From assembly GCA_951406725.2 (NCBI GenBank), contig OX597833.1:19716001-19780000 (forward strand): a stretch of DNA of 64,000 bases, given 5' to 3'. The DNA is from Octopus vulgaris (lineage: Eukaryota). The translations under genes were made by a program, and so were the position numbers. The notes beneath the pieces are model-generated. The model did no database searches, was not told the origin of the DNA, and worked only from the letters and a program-made list of their open reading frames with translations. Of the stretch, positions 52,684 to 64,000 are shown piece after piece; the stretch's first letter is position 1, and the number at the start of each line of letters is the position of its first letter.

Positions 52684-52721
52684 GTAATTGTCTTCCCAAA
52701 TAAATTGCACTTTATGATTGA

Positions 52722-52802
52722 GGCTCTGATGAAGCTATAAAACGTTACTCAGACACCCAACTATGAGTCCAATGCATCTTATTGCAGAAACAGCTGTAAG
52801 CT
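52722..52802 (+). ncRNA. Type I hammerhead with elongated stem II
   Basis: ggcu-CUGAUGA-[54-nt imperfect hairpin]-GAAA-cagcug-UA-agcu. Confidence 0.72.
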
Positions 52803-53466
52803 AATGAAGTTCATAAGATAATTGTTTATTACTTTGTCATCTCATTTTCTTTTATATATAAAAACTTTATACACTATTAGTTTCACTATTATATTCATAT
52901 TAGATGATATGATAGTGAGCTTGCAGAATCGTGAGAACCAGACAAAAAAAAATGCTCAGTAGCAATTCTTCTAGCTTTATATCCTGAGTTCAAGTTCTGC
53001 TGAGGTCAACTTAGTCCTTCATCTTTTCAAGGTTGATAAAATAAGTTGTAGTTGAGCAATGGGGTCGATGTAACTGACTAACCTCCCCACCACAAAAGAA
53101 ATTTCAGGTCTTCTGCTTATAGTAGAAAGAATATTATATTAGGTGAATCTTAGTGTACAAGATGTGTGTTAATCCTCATGTCTTATGTTAATTTTTTTTC
53201 TTTTGTATAGCTTTAAGAACTGTAGCTGGCCAAAACTAACAATATCAGACTGATAACCGAAAGTTTAAAGGTTTATATGCATCATTGCTAGTATTGTTTA
53301 ATGTTTGAGCAAAACTTAAATCTGAAATTATCCAATCCATGGAGCTGGTGCTGCTTGCTGCTGTATGTTCAGGAGACTTGTATAATTGATGAGTTTTGTT
53401 ATCTTTTTCTCTGGAATTCAAATCATCCCATAGCTTTTGCTGGAGAAGAATGATCTCCATCCTTTT

Positions 53467-53505
<39 letters not shown>

Positions 53506-54611
53506 TGTTATCCTGTTTGGTGAGGTTACTCTAGATCTACTACCATATATAGTCATGGATAGGTCACACCAGTGGGCCAGTTGCATCGTTAGTTTGGGGC
53601 TGTCAAAGTAGGTATTTGTAATTGACTCACAGATAAGTCGAACTGTAATCTGGGGAGTTACATGACCCTTTTTTGATGTAAACCCTCTTTCTGCAGATCT
53701 GTTTCCACGTCCTTCTGCATAATCCACTTCTTACAACTTGAAACCTACTTCATAACTCTTTCTCTTACTCATGATTAAGGTTTGCAATTATTGTAATTTT
53801 TAAACTAAAAATTGTGGTTAATCGATGTTGTCATAAAAGACCAATACACCAACTTCGTTTTCTGCTTTCTAGTAAACAGACATCACAAAAACGTTTCAAT
53901 AACAACTTGAAAACTGAAAAGCCCAGGCCTAAGGTACACTTGAGCCCAGGCTATGCACTTGGACGACTAACACACTGCTGTCTGCTTCAGATACCTGTGA
54001 TGTTAATTTAGGACCTATTTTGTTGTTTACAAAATTTACTTCATTGCTATCTTGAGGAAAGATTTTGTGTTGATTTTTACAAAAGGAATAAAAAAAAAAA
54101 AAGCACATTTTTCTACTGAGTTTGTTTGTTATGATATGGTGATAGTTTGTGATTTCCAATAGAAGTTAAAAATTGTTAGAGGCTTTCATCTAAGGCACTA
54201 AAAGAGTCATATACAAAATATTTGTTTCTCTGCTAATATTGACCAGGTATTATTCTACGAAACCTTACATTGTTTGACTTCACATAAAGTCTTACTAACT
54301 TTGCCCCTCTGTGTATGCAATTTTATACCAGCCAAACCATGAATTAATAGACGTTTTGCCTGGTGATATTTTACTGTTGACCATAATTGTGAGGTTCTCC
54401 TCCTCCCCAATTAATATTAATAATCTCTAGTTATTATTTGCTAGTCAGTGCCATTGTGGTGGCCATCTCTAGTCATCAATGACTTAAAAATGACGAAAGT
54501 ATTTCTGTAAGTAATGTTGTGTGACACTGCATTCCTCCATCTTCTTTCTCTTAGTGAACATTGGTCTTAGTAACCCTTCATCTGCTATGCCTTGTGCCTT
54601 CCTGTTTGCAG

Positions 54612-54803
54612 GTAGGGTCCCTACCCGCTACTAATGGCAGTCGCTGGATCTCCTCATGGGTGAAAAGCAATAGGATTGAAATGCTAGTGGCCGATGACTG
54701 CTCCGAGCGCAGTGTGGCATCTTCACGGCCCAGTAGTGCCCCTGGCAGTGCTGTCCAGTCGCCTGTGCACCAGAAGAAAAGCCTGAATCTCTTACCCGAG
54801 GTG
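54612..54803 (+). CDS. DNM1L: Drp1 exon, end of variable domain with Ser616-equivalent SP site
   Basis: cctgtttgcag|GTA...GTG|gtcagt, 192 bp, phase 0-0. Ends AVQSPVHQKKSLNLLPEV, matching human SPQKGHAVNLLDV; Ser codon at 54759-54761. Confidence 0.92.
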
Positions 54804-57800
54804 GTCAGTATCCAATAAGTCACCACTGCATGTTTTCTTCATATCTGTTGTCTCTGTGTTTGCTATTTACCCATTTCACTGCTGCTTGCTACCTTTTTTT
54901 CATTCCTCATTCTCTTTCCATTCTTTTTTTCTCTCCTCAACTAACAATGTTTTATTTGACATTTAACCAAATTAGCTCTAAGTTCAGTTTGCTTTTCCAA
55001 AACCAAGTTTAAATGTAACTCCCCTTTTCATAAAACTAACTTTACGACTAACAATGCTTGCCTCTTATTTACGCTATTCCAGCTTAAAGTAGATTTGAAT
55101 TGCGTATTATTTTGCCCTAATAGTCTTTGTATTGTTATGTGGCCTGATATATTTTTATTCATCACCATCATGTTGTCTCTCTGTGTTGTGTCTACATACC
55201 TTTTCAATACTGGGCTTTACAGAACCATCAACTCACAAACACACATGTCCTGTCACATAATGTTAAGGCTGTTCCCATGGAAACAGACTGTTGCAACTTC
55301 TGGTATGTCAGCAATGGGTGCTTCTAAGTGACTAAAATTATATAATTTTCAAAGCTTTTAACTTTGTTATTATTAACTTCTGTGAATGTGATTGTCATTG
55401 TTCAGCATGCAAAACTACACTGGAGTAGAAAATTCAAGAAAATTCTGACATTTCCATGAGTACGTTTCATGGGTGCCATTTATATGGGACCAAAAGACCT
55501 GACCTCTCTATCACCTATATAAACTATTGAAGTTGAAACTGGCAAAAGTCATACTACCCTTGTTGATATCAGCAGGTTCAAATTCCATTCCTCGTTGGCC
55601 TACGTAATACTACATTAGAAAGTTCGAAAGAATGTGTCATTAGTTTGGTTCATGAATTCTTCTCTTCTCAATAGAATTGTCATGTCCTATTATTAGTTTC
55701 AAATTTTGGCACAAGGCCAGCAATTTTAAGGGAGGTGGGAAAGTTGATTACATTGAACCCCCTCTCCCCCCAGTATTCAGCTGGTGGTTGTTTTATTCAC
55801 CCTGAAAGGATGATAGGCAACGTTGACCTCGACGGAATTTGAACTCAGAACGTGAAGACGGATGAAATGCCACTAAGCATTTTGCCCAGCATGCTAATGA
55901 TACTGCCAGCTCACTGCCATGTCCTAAAATATTATTGCATGTATGCTTCTCTCTGTGTGTGTGTGTGTGTGTGTATGTGTGAGAGAGAGACAGAGAGATC
56001 CAAGACTTTCTTCGTCATGCTATCAGAAGTTCTAATTCTTTTGAAAGTTGGTTAGATATTTTATGTTGTAACCGTTGCATGGAATCTTGTTCTTTGTCTC
56101 AGTTCAACCTTTAAAAAGAAATTATAACCAGTAACATAGATGACATTGACTTTGCATGTTGGTCATTTTCTGAGATCTGAATTTTCGAAAATAGGCACAG
56201 GTTCGTGGTTAAGATGTCTGCTTCTCAACCACATGATTTCAGGTTCGATCCTACTATGTGGAACCTTGGGCAAGTGTTTGCTACTGTAAGTGCAGGTTAG
56301 TCAAAGCCTTGGGCAAGTATCTGCTACCATAAACACAAGTAGACCAAGACCTTGTGAGTGGATTTGGTAGATGGAAACTGAAAGAAACCCATCTTTGTAT
56401 GTGTGGCGGGGGCTCTCTTTGTCTCATCATTGTGTGATAGTTGCAAATAAGTGTTACTGTCATAGAATCAGTGTCATTCTTTTCTGATAATCAGTAGAAA
56501 TGTGTCTGGCCATGCACAAATATTACCTTGCCTGGAAACAGGTGAGAGTTGGCAACAGGAAGAGCATCCGGCCATAGAAAATCCGCCTCAATAAACTCCA
56601 TCTGACCCATGCAAACATGGAAGATTAGATGTTAAAATAATGATGATGACAGTAATTTTTGTATGTGTGTCCAAGGAAATGCTGAGCAATGATTTTGGGT
56701 AGGCTTGACTTACAAAAATGACTGTCTGTAAATTCAAATTTTAACTCCACCATGTTTCAAGCGATCAAACTCTTGTGCTGAAATAACTATCAAAAGACAT
56801 TTCTAACAATTTCTATGCCATTTGTTTATTGTACTATAACTTTATCTTCTGTTTATATTAATATTTTGTGCTTTAATTGTTGTAAAGGTGTTGATGTATC
56901 ATGTTTGTATGTTTGTACATGTGTAAACACCAATTGCAAATATACCTGTCCTTGTTTAGTGTGGGTGTTTGGTTAAAAAAAAACAGAAAAGAAAATAGTA
57001 TTAAATGAATCTGAAATAAATGAATAATAAACTATTTGGGTGAAATAGGTTTCGTTCCAAGGCCCTTAATTGTCTTGAGCATTATAGATGGTTGTTTGGG
57101 GTATGCTTTTGTAGTTGGTAAGCAAGCTACTTACCACACAGCTACTCCTGGGGATGTACTTACATAGCAAGTGACTTGGTCTTAGATTGTGTGCTGAAAC
57201 AAAAACATCTGCAACGCAGAAGGTATTTGTGAGCCATTCCAGAACACACAAAAACTGTCAGTTTCACTTCAATGTTTAATTTTCATTTGTGTTGAAATGT
57301 TTTCATCGCTTTGAAACTGCGACCAGCTCACTGACAAAACTTTGTGCTGCATCTGAGAGAGCAACAATTAGTTCATGATATATATATGTGTTTGTTTGTG
57401 TATGTATGTATATATGTGTGTGTATGTATGCATGTTTGTGTGCATGTATGTACATATGTATGTGAACAGACGCACATATCAGTACATAAACATACATACA
57501 CATATGCACACACGCAGATACATCTACACACTTACATACATAAATGCTCACATACATACGTACATACATAAACACACATATATATCATGAACTAACTTGT
57601 CAGTGAGTGGGTTGCGGTTTCAAAGTAACAAAAATATTGTGACACAAATGAAGATTAAATGTTGAAGTGAAACTAATGGTGTTTGTGTGTTCTTGAACGG
57701 CTTACAAATGTCTTCCATGCTGCAAGCGTGTGTGTGAGTGTATCATCATCATCATTGTTTAATGTCCGTTTTCCATGCTAGCATGGGTTGGATGGTTTGA

Positions 57801-57992
57801 CTGGGGTTTGAGAAGCCAGGAGGCTGCACCAGGCTCCAGTCTGATCTGGCAGTGTTTCTGCAGCTGGATGCCCTTCCTAACACCAACCACTCTGTGAGTG
57901 TAGTGGGTGCTTTTTACATGCCACTGGCACAGGTGCCGGGGGAGGTTGGCAACGGCTACAATCGGTTGGTGCTTTTTATGTGCCACCAACAC

Positions 57993-58028
<36 letters not shown>

Positions 58029-58148
58029 TTATTTATAAGTTGCACCCTAGTTTTTTTTAGTTGAAATCAGTATGAAATAGTGTGATTTATACAGGAGTAA
58101 ATTTGTGTGTGTGTGTGTGTGTACACACACGCATACACAAATACATAC

Positions 58149-58189
<41 letters not shown>

Positions 58190-58380
58190 AATAAAATATA
58201 TGCATATATATAAACATATATGTACGTACCTACCTCTACATGTACATATACACGCATATATGTGTACAGGACACCAAAAAGACGTCGAACACATAGAGAG
58301 ACGAAAAACATAGACACAAACCAAGGAACAAGACAGGCAAAAAAAGGAGGAGATACAGGACAATAAGCACAACGAAAAAT

Positions 58381-58443
58381 CCCCTTCTTCAGTCGCTAAA
58401 GTTTCATCTACTAAACGTTTCGAAGGATAAAAGCGAGACGTAT
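58381..58443 (-). ncRNA. Second diverged copy of the permuted hammerhead
   Basis: auacg-UC-ucgcu [uuuauc] cuuc-GAAA-cguuu [15 nt] agcga-CUGAAGA-A-gggg, with compensatory changes relative to 63019-63079. Confidence 0.7.
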
Positions 58444-60081
58444 ACTTCGAAGAAAAATTCCTTCCTGAGAAAAGCAAATCAATTAAAATTCTGAGATCTT
58501 TTCGCAGAGGGGTAAAAAAAGCAAGACGGTAACGACAGTACAAACATATAAACAGTAAAAAATATATATATAAACAGTGGAAAAATAAATATATAACAGT
58601 GAGAGACAGGACAAGGAGAACAAGATAAGAAGGGCTGTTAACGCCAGACGAAAAAAGTATTGCAAACGCTGGATTATAGTGGACGACGAGAGAGGAAGAT
58701 GTCGACCAGTAGCCTTAGAAGGCGGGCGAGAAAGGACAGGATAGCAGTTACGACGGAAGTATCGTCGCAGATGGACGACATATATATATATGAAAATTAG
58801 TAGGATAGAAAGAGGATCAATGAAGTGAAATAAATAGTTATTAACTGATAATTTCAGCTGAGATTGTTTGAAGGAATTCTTTGCATATTTTAGTGTAGAA
58901 GAGCAAAATAGTGCTAATCTCTTACACTTGAAATCAGGTAAGGATTAATGACAGGAAAGGCATCTGGCTGTAAAGCAATGCCTCATGAATATATTCATTT
59001 AATCCAGTGGTTCTCAACCAGGGTCCACATGACCATCGGGATTTTATATTAGATTAGGGGGTGGGGGGTCCACACAAGCAAAATAATAGGATATTAAGTA
59101 GCCATAAAATGAATTTTGATTTTAATGAATTTATTGCAAGAAACGGCTGGGTTTCTTTCTCTGTCTTACGTAGTTCAACCTACACACGTTAAGCCTTTTG
59201 TTACTGTATTTATTTTGAGATGCTCTGTGTTTCTTTCAATTACTTTAAATATAACAAAGAATTTAGTAAAATAAATTAGTTATCATTTAGCTAGTGTTAG
59301 GAACGTAAAATGTGACTAGGGTTTTAGTGGAAGATTTTAATTCAAAACTTATGAAAATAAGACATTTGTACTACAGAGCCAGAGCTGGTTTCAGCTGGGT
59401 TGGTAATGAAAGGGTTAATGTTTGAAAAACAAATTAGGAATTTTGAAAGAAGCATCAATAAAACTAGTTTTTAAACCCCAAGCAGCTATGGGAGTCCACG
59501 AGGGTAAAATAGTAATCAAAGGGGTCTACAGGTAAAAAAAAAGATGGTTGAGAAAACCAATGATAGAAAAAGCAAATTGAGTAAATATTATTTACAATGA
59601 TGATACGGCATTGGTCGGCCCGAGGCTATAGCAGAAGACACTTGCCCAAGGTGCCACACAGTGGGACTGAACCCGGAACCATGTGGTTGGTTAGCAAGCT
59701 ACTTACCACACAGCTACTCCTCCTCCTCCTATGTAGTCTTTTTTTTTTTTTGTAAGATGTCAGGGTGTGATTTTAGATTTTGCTACTGTTTCTAGCAGTT
59801 TGAGCAACCACATGGCTGATCCTTTGTTGGATCGACTGTTGCAGTATTTGTTATGTATTATTACATATCATTGAAGTTGTTTGGTTTTTGGGTGCCTTTC
59901 ACAGAGTGCATTCTGTTGTAAGCATTCAGGCTAGCTCTCGAGTTTGACAATAACTTCCCCTACTTCTTTCCACTAGTTTGAAAGGACCCGACAAAAAATA
60001 AATGCATCAATAAAGAGCTTATGGGTGCTTCCCTTCCAATCCTGACTAAACACTAAAAAAATTTAATTCTGCTTCTCAAAC

Positions 60082-60480
60082 TCTTCCTCCCTCTTTGCTC
60101 TCCCTCTCTCTTCTTTATTCTCTCTCCCTCTCTCTTCTTTATTCTCTCTCCCACTCCCTCTTTGCTCTCCCTCTCTCTTCTTTATTCTCTCCCTCTTTGC
60201 TCTCCCTCTCTCTTCTTTAGTCTCTCTCCCTCTTTGCTCTCCCTCTCTCTTCTTTATTCACTCTCCCTCTTTGCTCTCCCTCTCTCTTCTTTATTCTCTC
60301 TCCCTCTTTGTACTCCATCTCTCTTCTTTATTACCTCTCCCTCTTTGCTCTCCCTCTTTCTTCTTTATTATCTCTCCTTCTTTGCTCTCCCTCTCTCTTC
60401 TTTATTATCTCTCCCTCTTTGCTCTCTCTCTCTCTCTCTCTCTCTCTTCCTCTTTGCTCTCCTCTCTCTTCTCTCTCTTA
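60082..60480. repeat. Pyrimidine-rich ~33-bp minisatellite
   Basis: CTCCCTCTTTGCTCTCCCTCTCTCTTCTTTATT units. Confidence 0.9.
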
Positions 60481-61254
60481 TACACACATTCCAAATGGAG
60501 ACAAACTTTTGATTTGTCAGGTTTTTTGTCTGGGCAGTGCATTGTGTTCTCAAGCAAAACACTTCATCTCATTTTACTCCAGTCTACTCAGCTGTAAATG
60601 AGTAACCCTGTGACTGACTGAATTTCTATCCAGTAGGGAATGTTCTCAATCACTTATACACCATGGAAAGTGGGCAACTAGCCCTGTGAGTCCTAAGGCT
60701 CAAGACTGTAATGCCAAGAGATTGATGATGATGATGATGATAATGGCCCTTGTATTTGTGTCTTTGAACATAACACTCATTTCTGTTTGAACCAATCACA
60801 TCAGGGTTATGAGTTCAACCTAAGTATGGCGATGTGTTTTAAGAGCTTCGTTTGCAGTCGCTTGGTTCTGAGTTTGATCTCACTATGGTACATATTGGAT
60901 AAAGCGCTCCCTTCGACACAAATGTCACGTTGAGCCCATAACTTTGTGAATGAAATTGAGTAAACAGAAACTGCAGATGGACTGCATCTGCTCTTGGATG
61001 GTCAGCTTAATTCATCATCCAATTCAACACGACCAACATGGCTTACTCTCTTTTACTTGTTTCAGTCATTTGACTGCGGCCATGCTAGAGCACCGCCTTT
61101 AGTCGAGCAAATCGACCCTGGGACTTATTCTTTGTAAGCCCAGTACTTATTCTATCGGTCTCTTTTGCCGAACCGCTAGGTGATGGGGACGTAAACACAC
61201 CAGCATCGGTTGTCAAGCAATGCTAGGGGAACAAACACAGACACACGAACACAC

Positions 61255-61285
<31 letters not shown>

Positions 61286-62644
61286 CGACAGGCTTCTTTC
61301 AGTTTCTGTCTACCAAATCCACTCACAAAGCATTGGTCTGCCCGGGGCTATAGCAGAAGTCACTTGCCCAAGATGCCACGCAGTGGGACTGAACCCGGAA
61401 CCATGTGGTTTGTTAGCAAGCTACTTACCACACAGCCACTCCTGCGCCTATCCACACAGCCACTCCTGCTCTTTTGGACACTTTTTAATGAAGTCCGTTC
61501 TGTTACGAATATTTGGCTCCTGTATCCAGTCTTAGGATAATTTTATCCTTTTCCTGTCATTTATCTTAAAGACCCTGTAAAAGATCATAGGTGCTGCCTG
61601 TCCTCTGGCTAAGCTTCTTAATGAAAAAAGAAACTAAGTGCTGTCTATGTCTGTCTTATGGGCCACAACACTGATGCGGTTAAGTCATGATGTTAATCAT
61701 CATTTAACATCTGCTTTCCATGCTGGCATGGGTTAGATGGTTTGATTGGAACTGGTAAGCTGGAGAGCTGCACCAGGTTCCAGTTTGATTTGGCATAGTT
61801 TCTATGGCTGGATGCCTTTCCTAATGCCATTCACTCCAAGAGTATAATGGGTGCTTTTTATGTGCTACTAGCACAGGTGCCACTCACATGACACTGGCAA
61901 CGGCCTTGGCTATGATTTCAATATTTTGACAAATTAAGATGGTAAGCTGCAGAATCATTTACACCACCAGGCAAAATGCTTAATGGAATTTCGTCTGTCT
62001 TTATGTTCTGAGTTCAAATCCTGACAAGATCGACTTCACCCTTCATCCTTTTGGGGTCAATAAAATAAGTACCAGTTGAGCACTAAGGTCAATGTAATTG
62101 ACTTATCCCCTCTCCCAAATTTACTGGCTTTGTGCTAAAATTTGAAGCCAATTATCAAATTTTCTTATAGCAGTGAGCTGGGAGAATCATTAGCACACCA
62201 GGCAAAATGCTTGGCAGCATTTCATCCATCTTTACGTTTTGAGTTCAAATTCCGCTGAAGCCGACTTTGCCTTTCATCATTTCAGGGTCGATAGAATAAT
62301 AGTTGAACACTGGTGTGAATGTCATTGACTCACCCACTTCCCCTCAGAATTGCTGGCCTTGTGCCAAAACTTGAAACCAGTATTTTGACAACTTCAAACT
62401 GTGTATGTGTGTATACTTTGTCTCTAACTTTCACACTTTCTCACTTCCTACTTTGTATCATATCTATCACTCATGCAACCTGCAGATGATGTCCTGTGGC
62501 TATTCTCTCTATATGAATTAATATTGCTTTGGCTACTACTCTTACCCAAAGGAAAACGTCCTTGCCTCATTGTCTGTCTGTTTCACAAAGTGTAACTATT
62601 TTATCTCATTTTAATTATTTTGTATTTCTCTTATTTTCTTCAAG

Positions 62645-62705
62645 CCCACAATTACACCCATGAGAAAGCTGTCTGCCCGAGAGCAAAGAGATTGTACTGT
62701 TATAG
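62645..62705 (+). CDS. DNM1L: Drp1 exon, start of GED with Ser637-equivalent PKA site
   Basis: ttttcttcaag|CCC...ATAG|gtaggt, 61 bp, phase 0-1. PTITPMRKLSAREQRDCTVI matches human RKLSAREQRDCEVI; Ser codon at 62672-62674. Confidence 0.96.
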
Positions 62706-62804
62706 GTAGGTTGATTATAAATTTTTTATTTTTTTCTGGAACTTTCTTGTTTAAACTTATGTTATTGTCTTTATCTATCTATCTATCTATCTATCTATAT
62801 ATAT

Positions 62805-63822
62805 ATAACAAATTAATAAATAAAACATATGCATATATACATACATATATGTACGTACCTACATCTATATGTATATATACATGCATATATGGGTACAGGA
62901 CACCAAAAAAACGTCGAACACAATGAGAAACGAAAACATAAACACAAAACCAAGGAACTGGACATTTTTCTTAAACAACGAAAAAATAGAGTACAGGACA
63001 AATAACACAAGGAAAATTCTCCTTCTTCAGTCGCCATGGTTTCATCTACTCCGCGTTTCGAAGGTGAAGGCGAGACGCGACTTCAATGAAACATTCCTTC
63101 CCGCGAAAAGCAAATTAAATAAAATTTGAGATTTTTTTGTGGAGGGGTAAAAATGGTAACAAAAACAGGACTGTAAAGACAGTACAAAATATAAACAGTA
63201 AAAGACAGGACAAGGAGAATAACAAGACAAGAAGGGCTGTTAAGCCGAACAAGATAAAGTATATGAACGCTATTTTTGGGAACGGCAAAGGAGCAACAGA
63301 AAATGCCGTCTACACTCGGGTGAAGCAAGGTCAGAAAAGACAATAGTTTCCTCGTCGCTGACCAGCGACGGGACAGGGGAGGAGGAGTAAGAGAAAGGGA
63401 AGGGGAGAGAAAAAAGAGGAATGGTTGTAGAGAAAACCAGAAAGAATGAGAGAGAGGGAGAGACAGTAAGGTAGAAGAAAAGGAAACCAGAAAGAAGGAA
63501 GGCTGAGAAAGAGAGGGGGACAGAAAGGTTAAGAGTGCGCATCAGTATTAATATTAAGAACAAACTTACTTAGAAATGAATGCGTGCGTTCTGTCGTCTA
63601 ATAACAAATTAATAAATAAAACATATGCATATATACATACATATATGTACATACCTACATCTACATGTATATATACATGCATGTATGGGTACAGGACACC
63701 AAAAAAACGTCGAACACAATGAGAAACGAAAACATAAACACAAAACCAAGGAACTGGACATTTTTCTTAAACAATGAAAAAATAGAGTACAGGACAAATA
63801 ACACAAGGAAAAATACCCCTTC
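62805..63822 (-). mobile_element. Non-coding element with ~220-bp terminal direct repeat (796-bp period), PLE pseudo-LTR-like; diverged relative at about 58188-58785
   Basis: 62805-63025 recurs at 63601-63822; flanked by TA-rich microsatellites; carries the permuted HHR. Confidence 0.7.
63019..63079 (-). ncRNA. Candidate hammerhead ribozyme, non-circularly permuted strand order
   Basis: Minus strand: cgcg-UC-ucgcc [uucac] cuuc-GAAA-cgcg [16 nt] ggcga-CUGAAGA-A-ggag. All three stems pair. Confidence 0.72.
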
Positions 63823-63853
<31 letters not shown>

Positions 63854-64000
63854 TATAGATCATCATCATTTGACTCATGTTGGCATGAGTTGTACAGTTT
63901 GACAGAGGGCTGGAAAGCCAGCAGCTCCACCAGGCTCCAATCTGATCTGGCAATGTTTCTACAGCTGGATGCCCTTCCTAACACCAATCACTCTCAGAGT

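Noticed and set aside
53190-53216. Polypyrimidine-tag acceptor
   Set aside because: Immediate stop (CTT TAA) in the Drp1 phase and no matching donor.

Overview
AT-rich, repeat-dense eukaryotic DNA. The SINE/RTE/Penelope repertoire suggests a coleoid cephalopod, probably Octopus (inference). The only host gene I can support is a + strand dynamin-1-like protein (DNM1L/Drp1, mitochondrial fission GTPase), seen as five firm GT-AG exons (5951-6097, 10411-10503, 12200-12391, 54612-54803, 62645-62705) plus one probable variable-domain exon (17789-17911). These cover the middle domain, variable domain and start of the GED; the gene runs beyond both window ends. Nearly all ORFs in the supplied track are microsatellite or transposon noise. 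The introns hold decayed RTE, CR1, R4/Dong and Penelope retroelements, Tc1/mariner elements, non-autonomous Helitrons, tRNA-derived SINEs and tandem repeats. The main unannotated signal is a set of hammerhead ribozyme (HHR) motifs from about six distinct small-repeat families: (1) two diverged copies whose three strands lie in a non-circularly permuted order with compensatory base changes (58381-58443, 63019-63079); (2) a 256-nt retrozyme-like rod-shaped unit with 70-bp terminal redundancy (49457-49782); (3) a G3-C8 core-swapped HHR (46192-46242); and (4) several minimal Penelope-type HHRs. All folding was done by eye and no ribozyme activity is demonstrated. Transposon boundaries are approximate.
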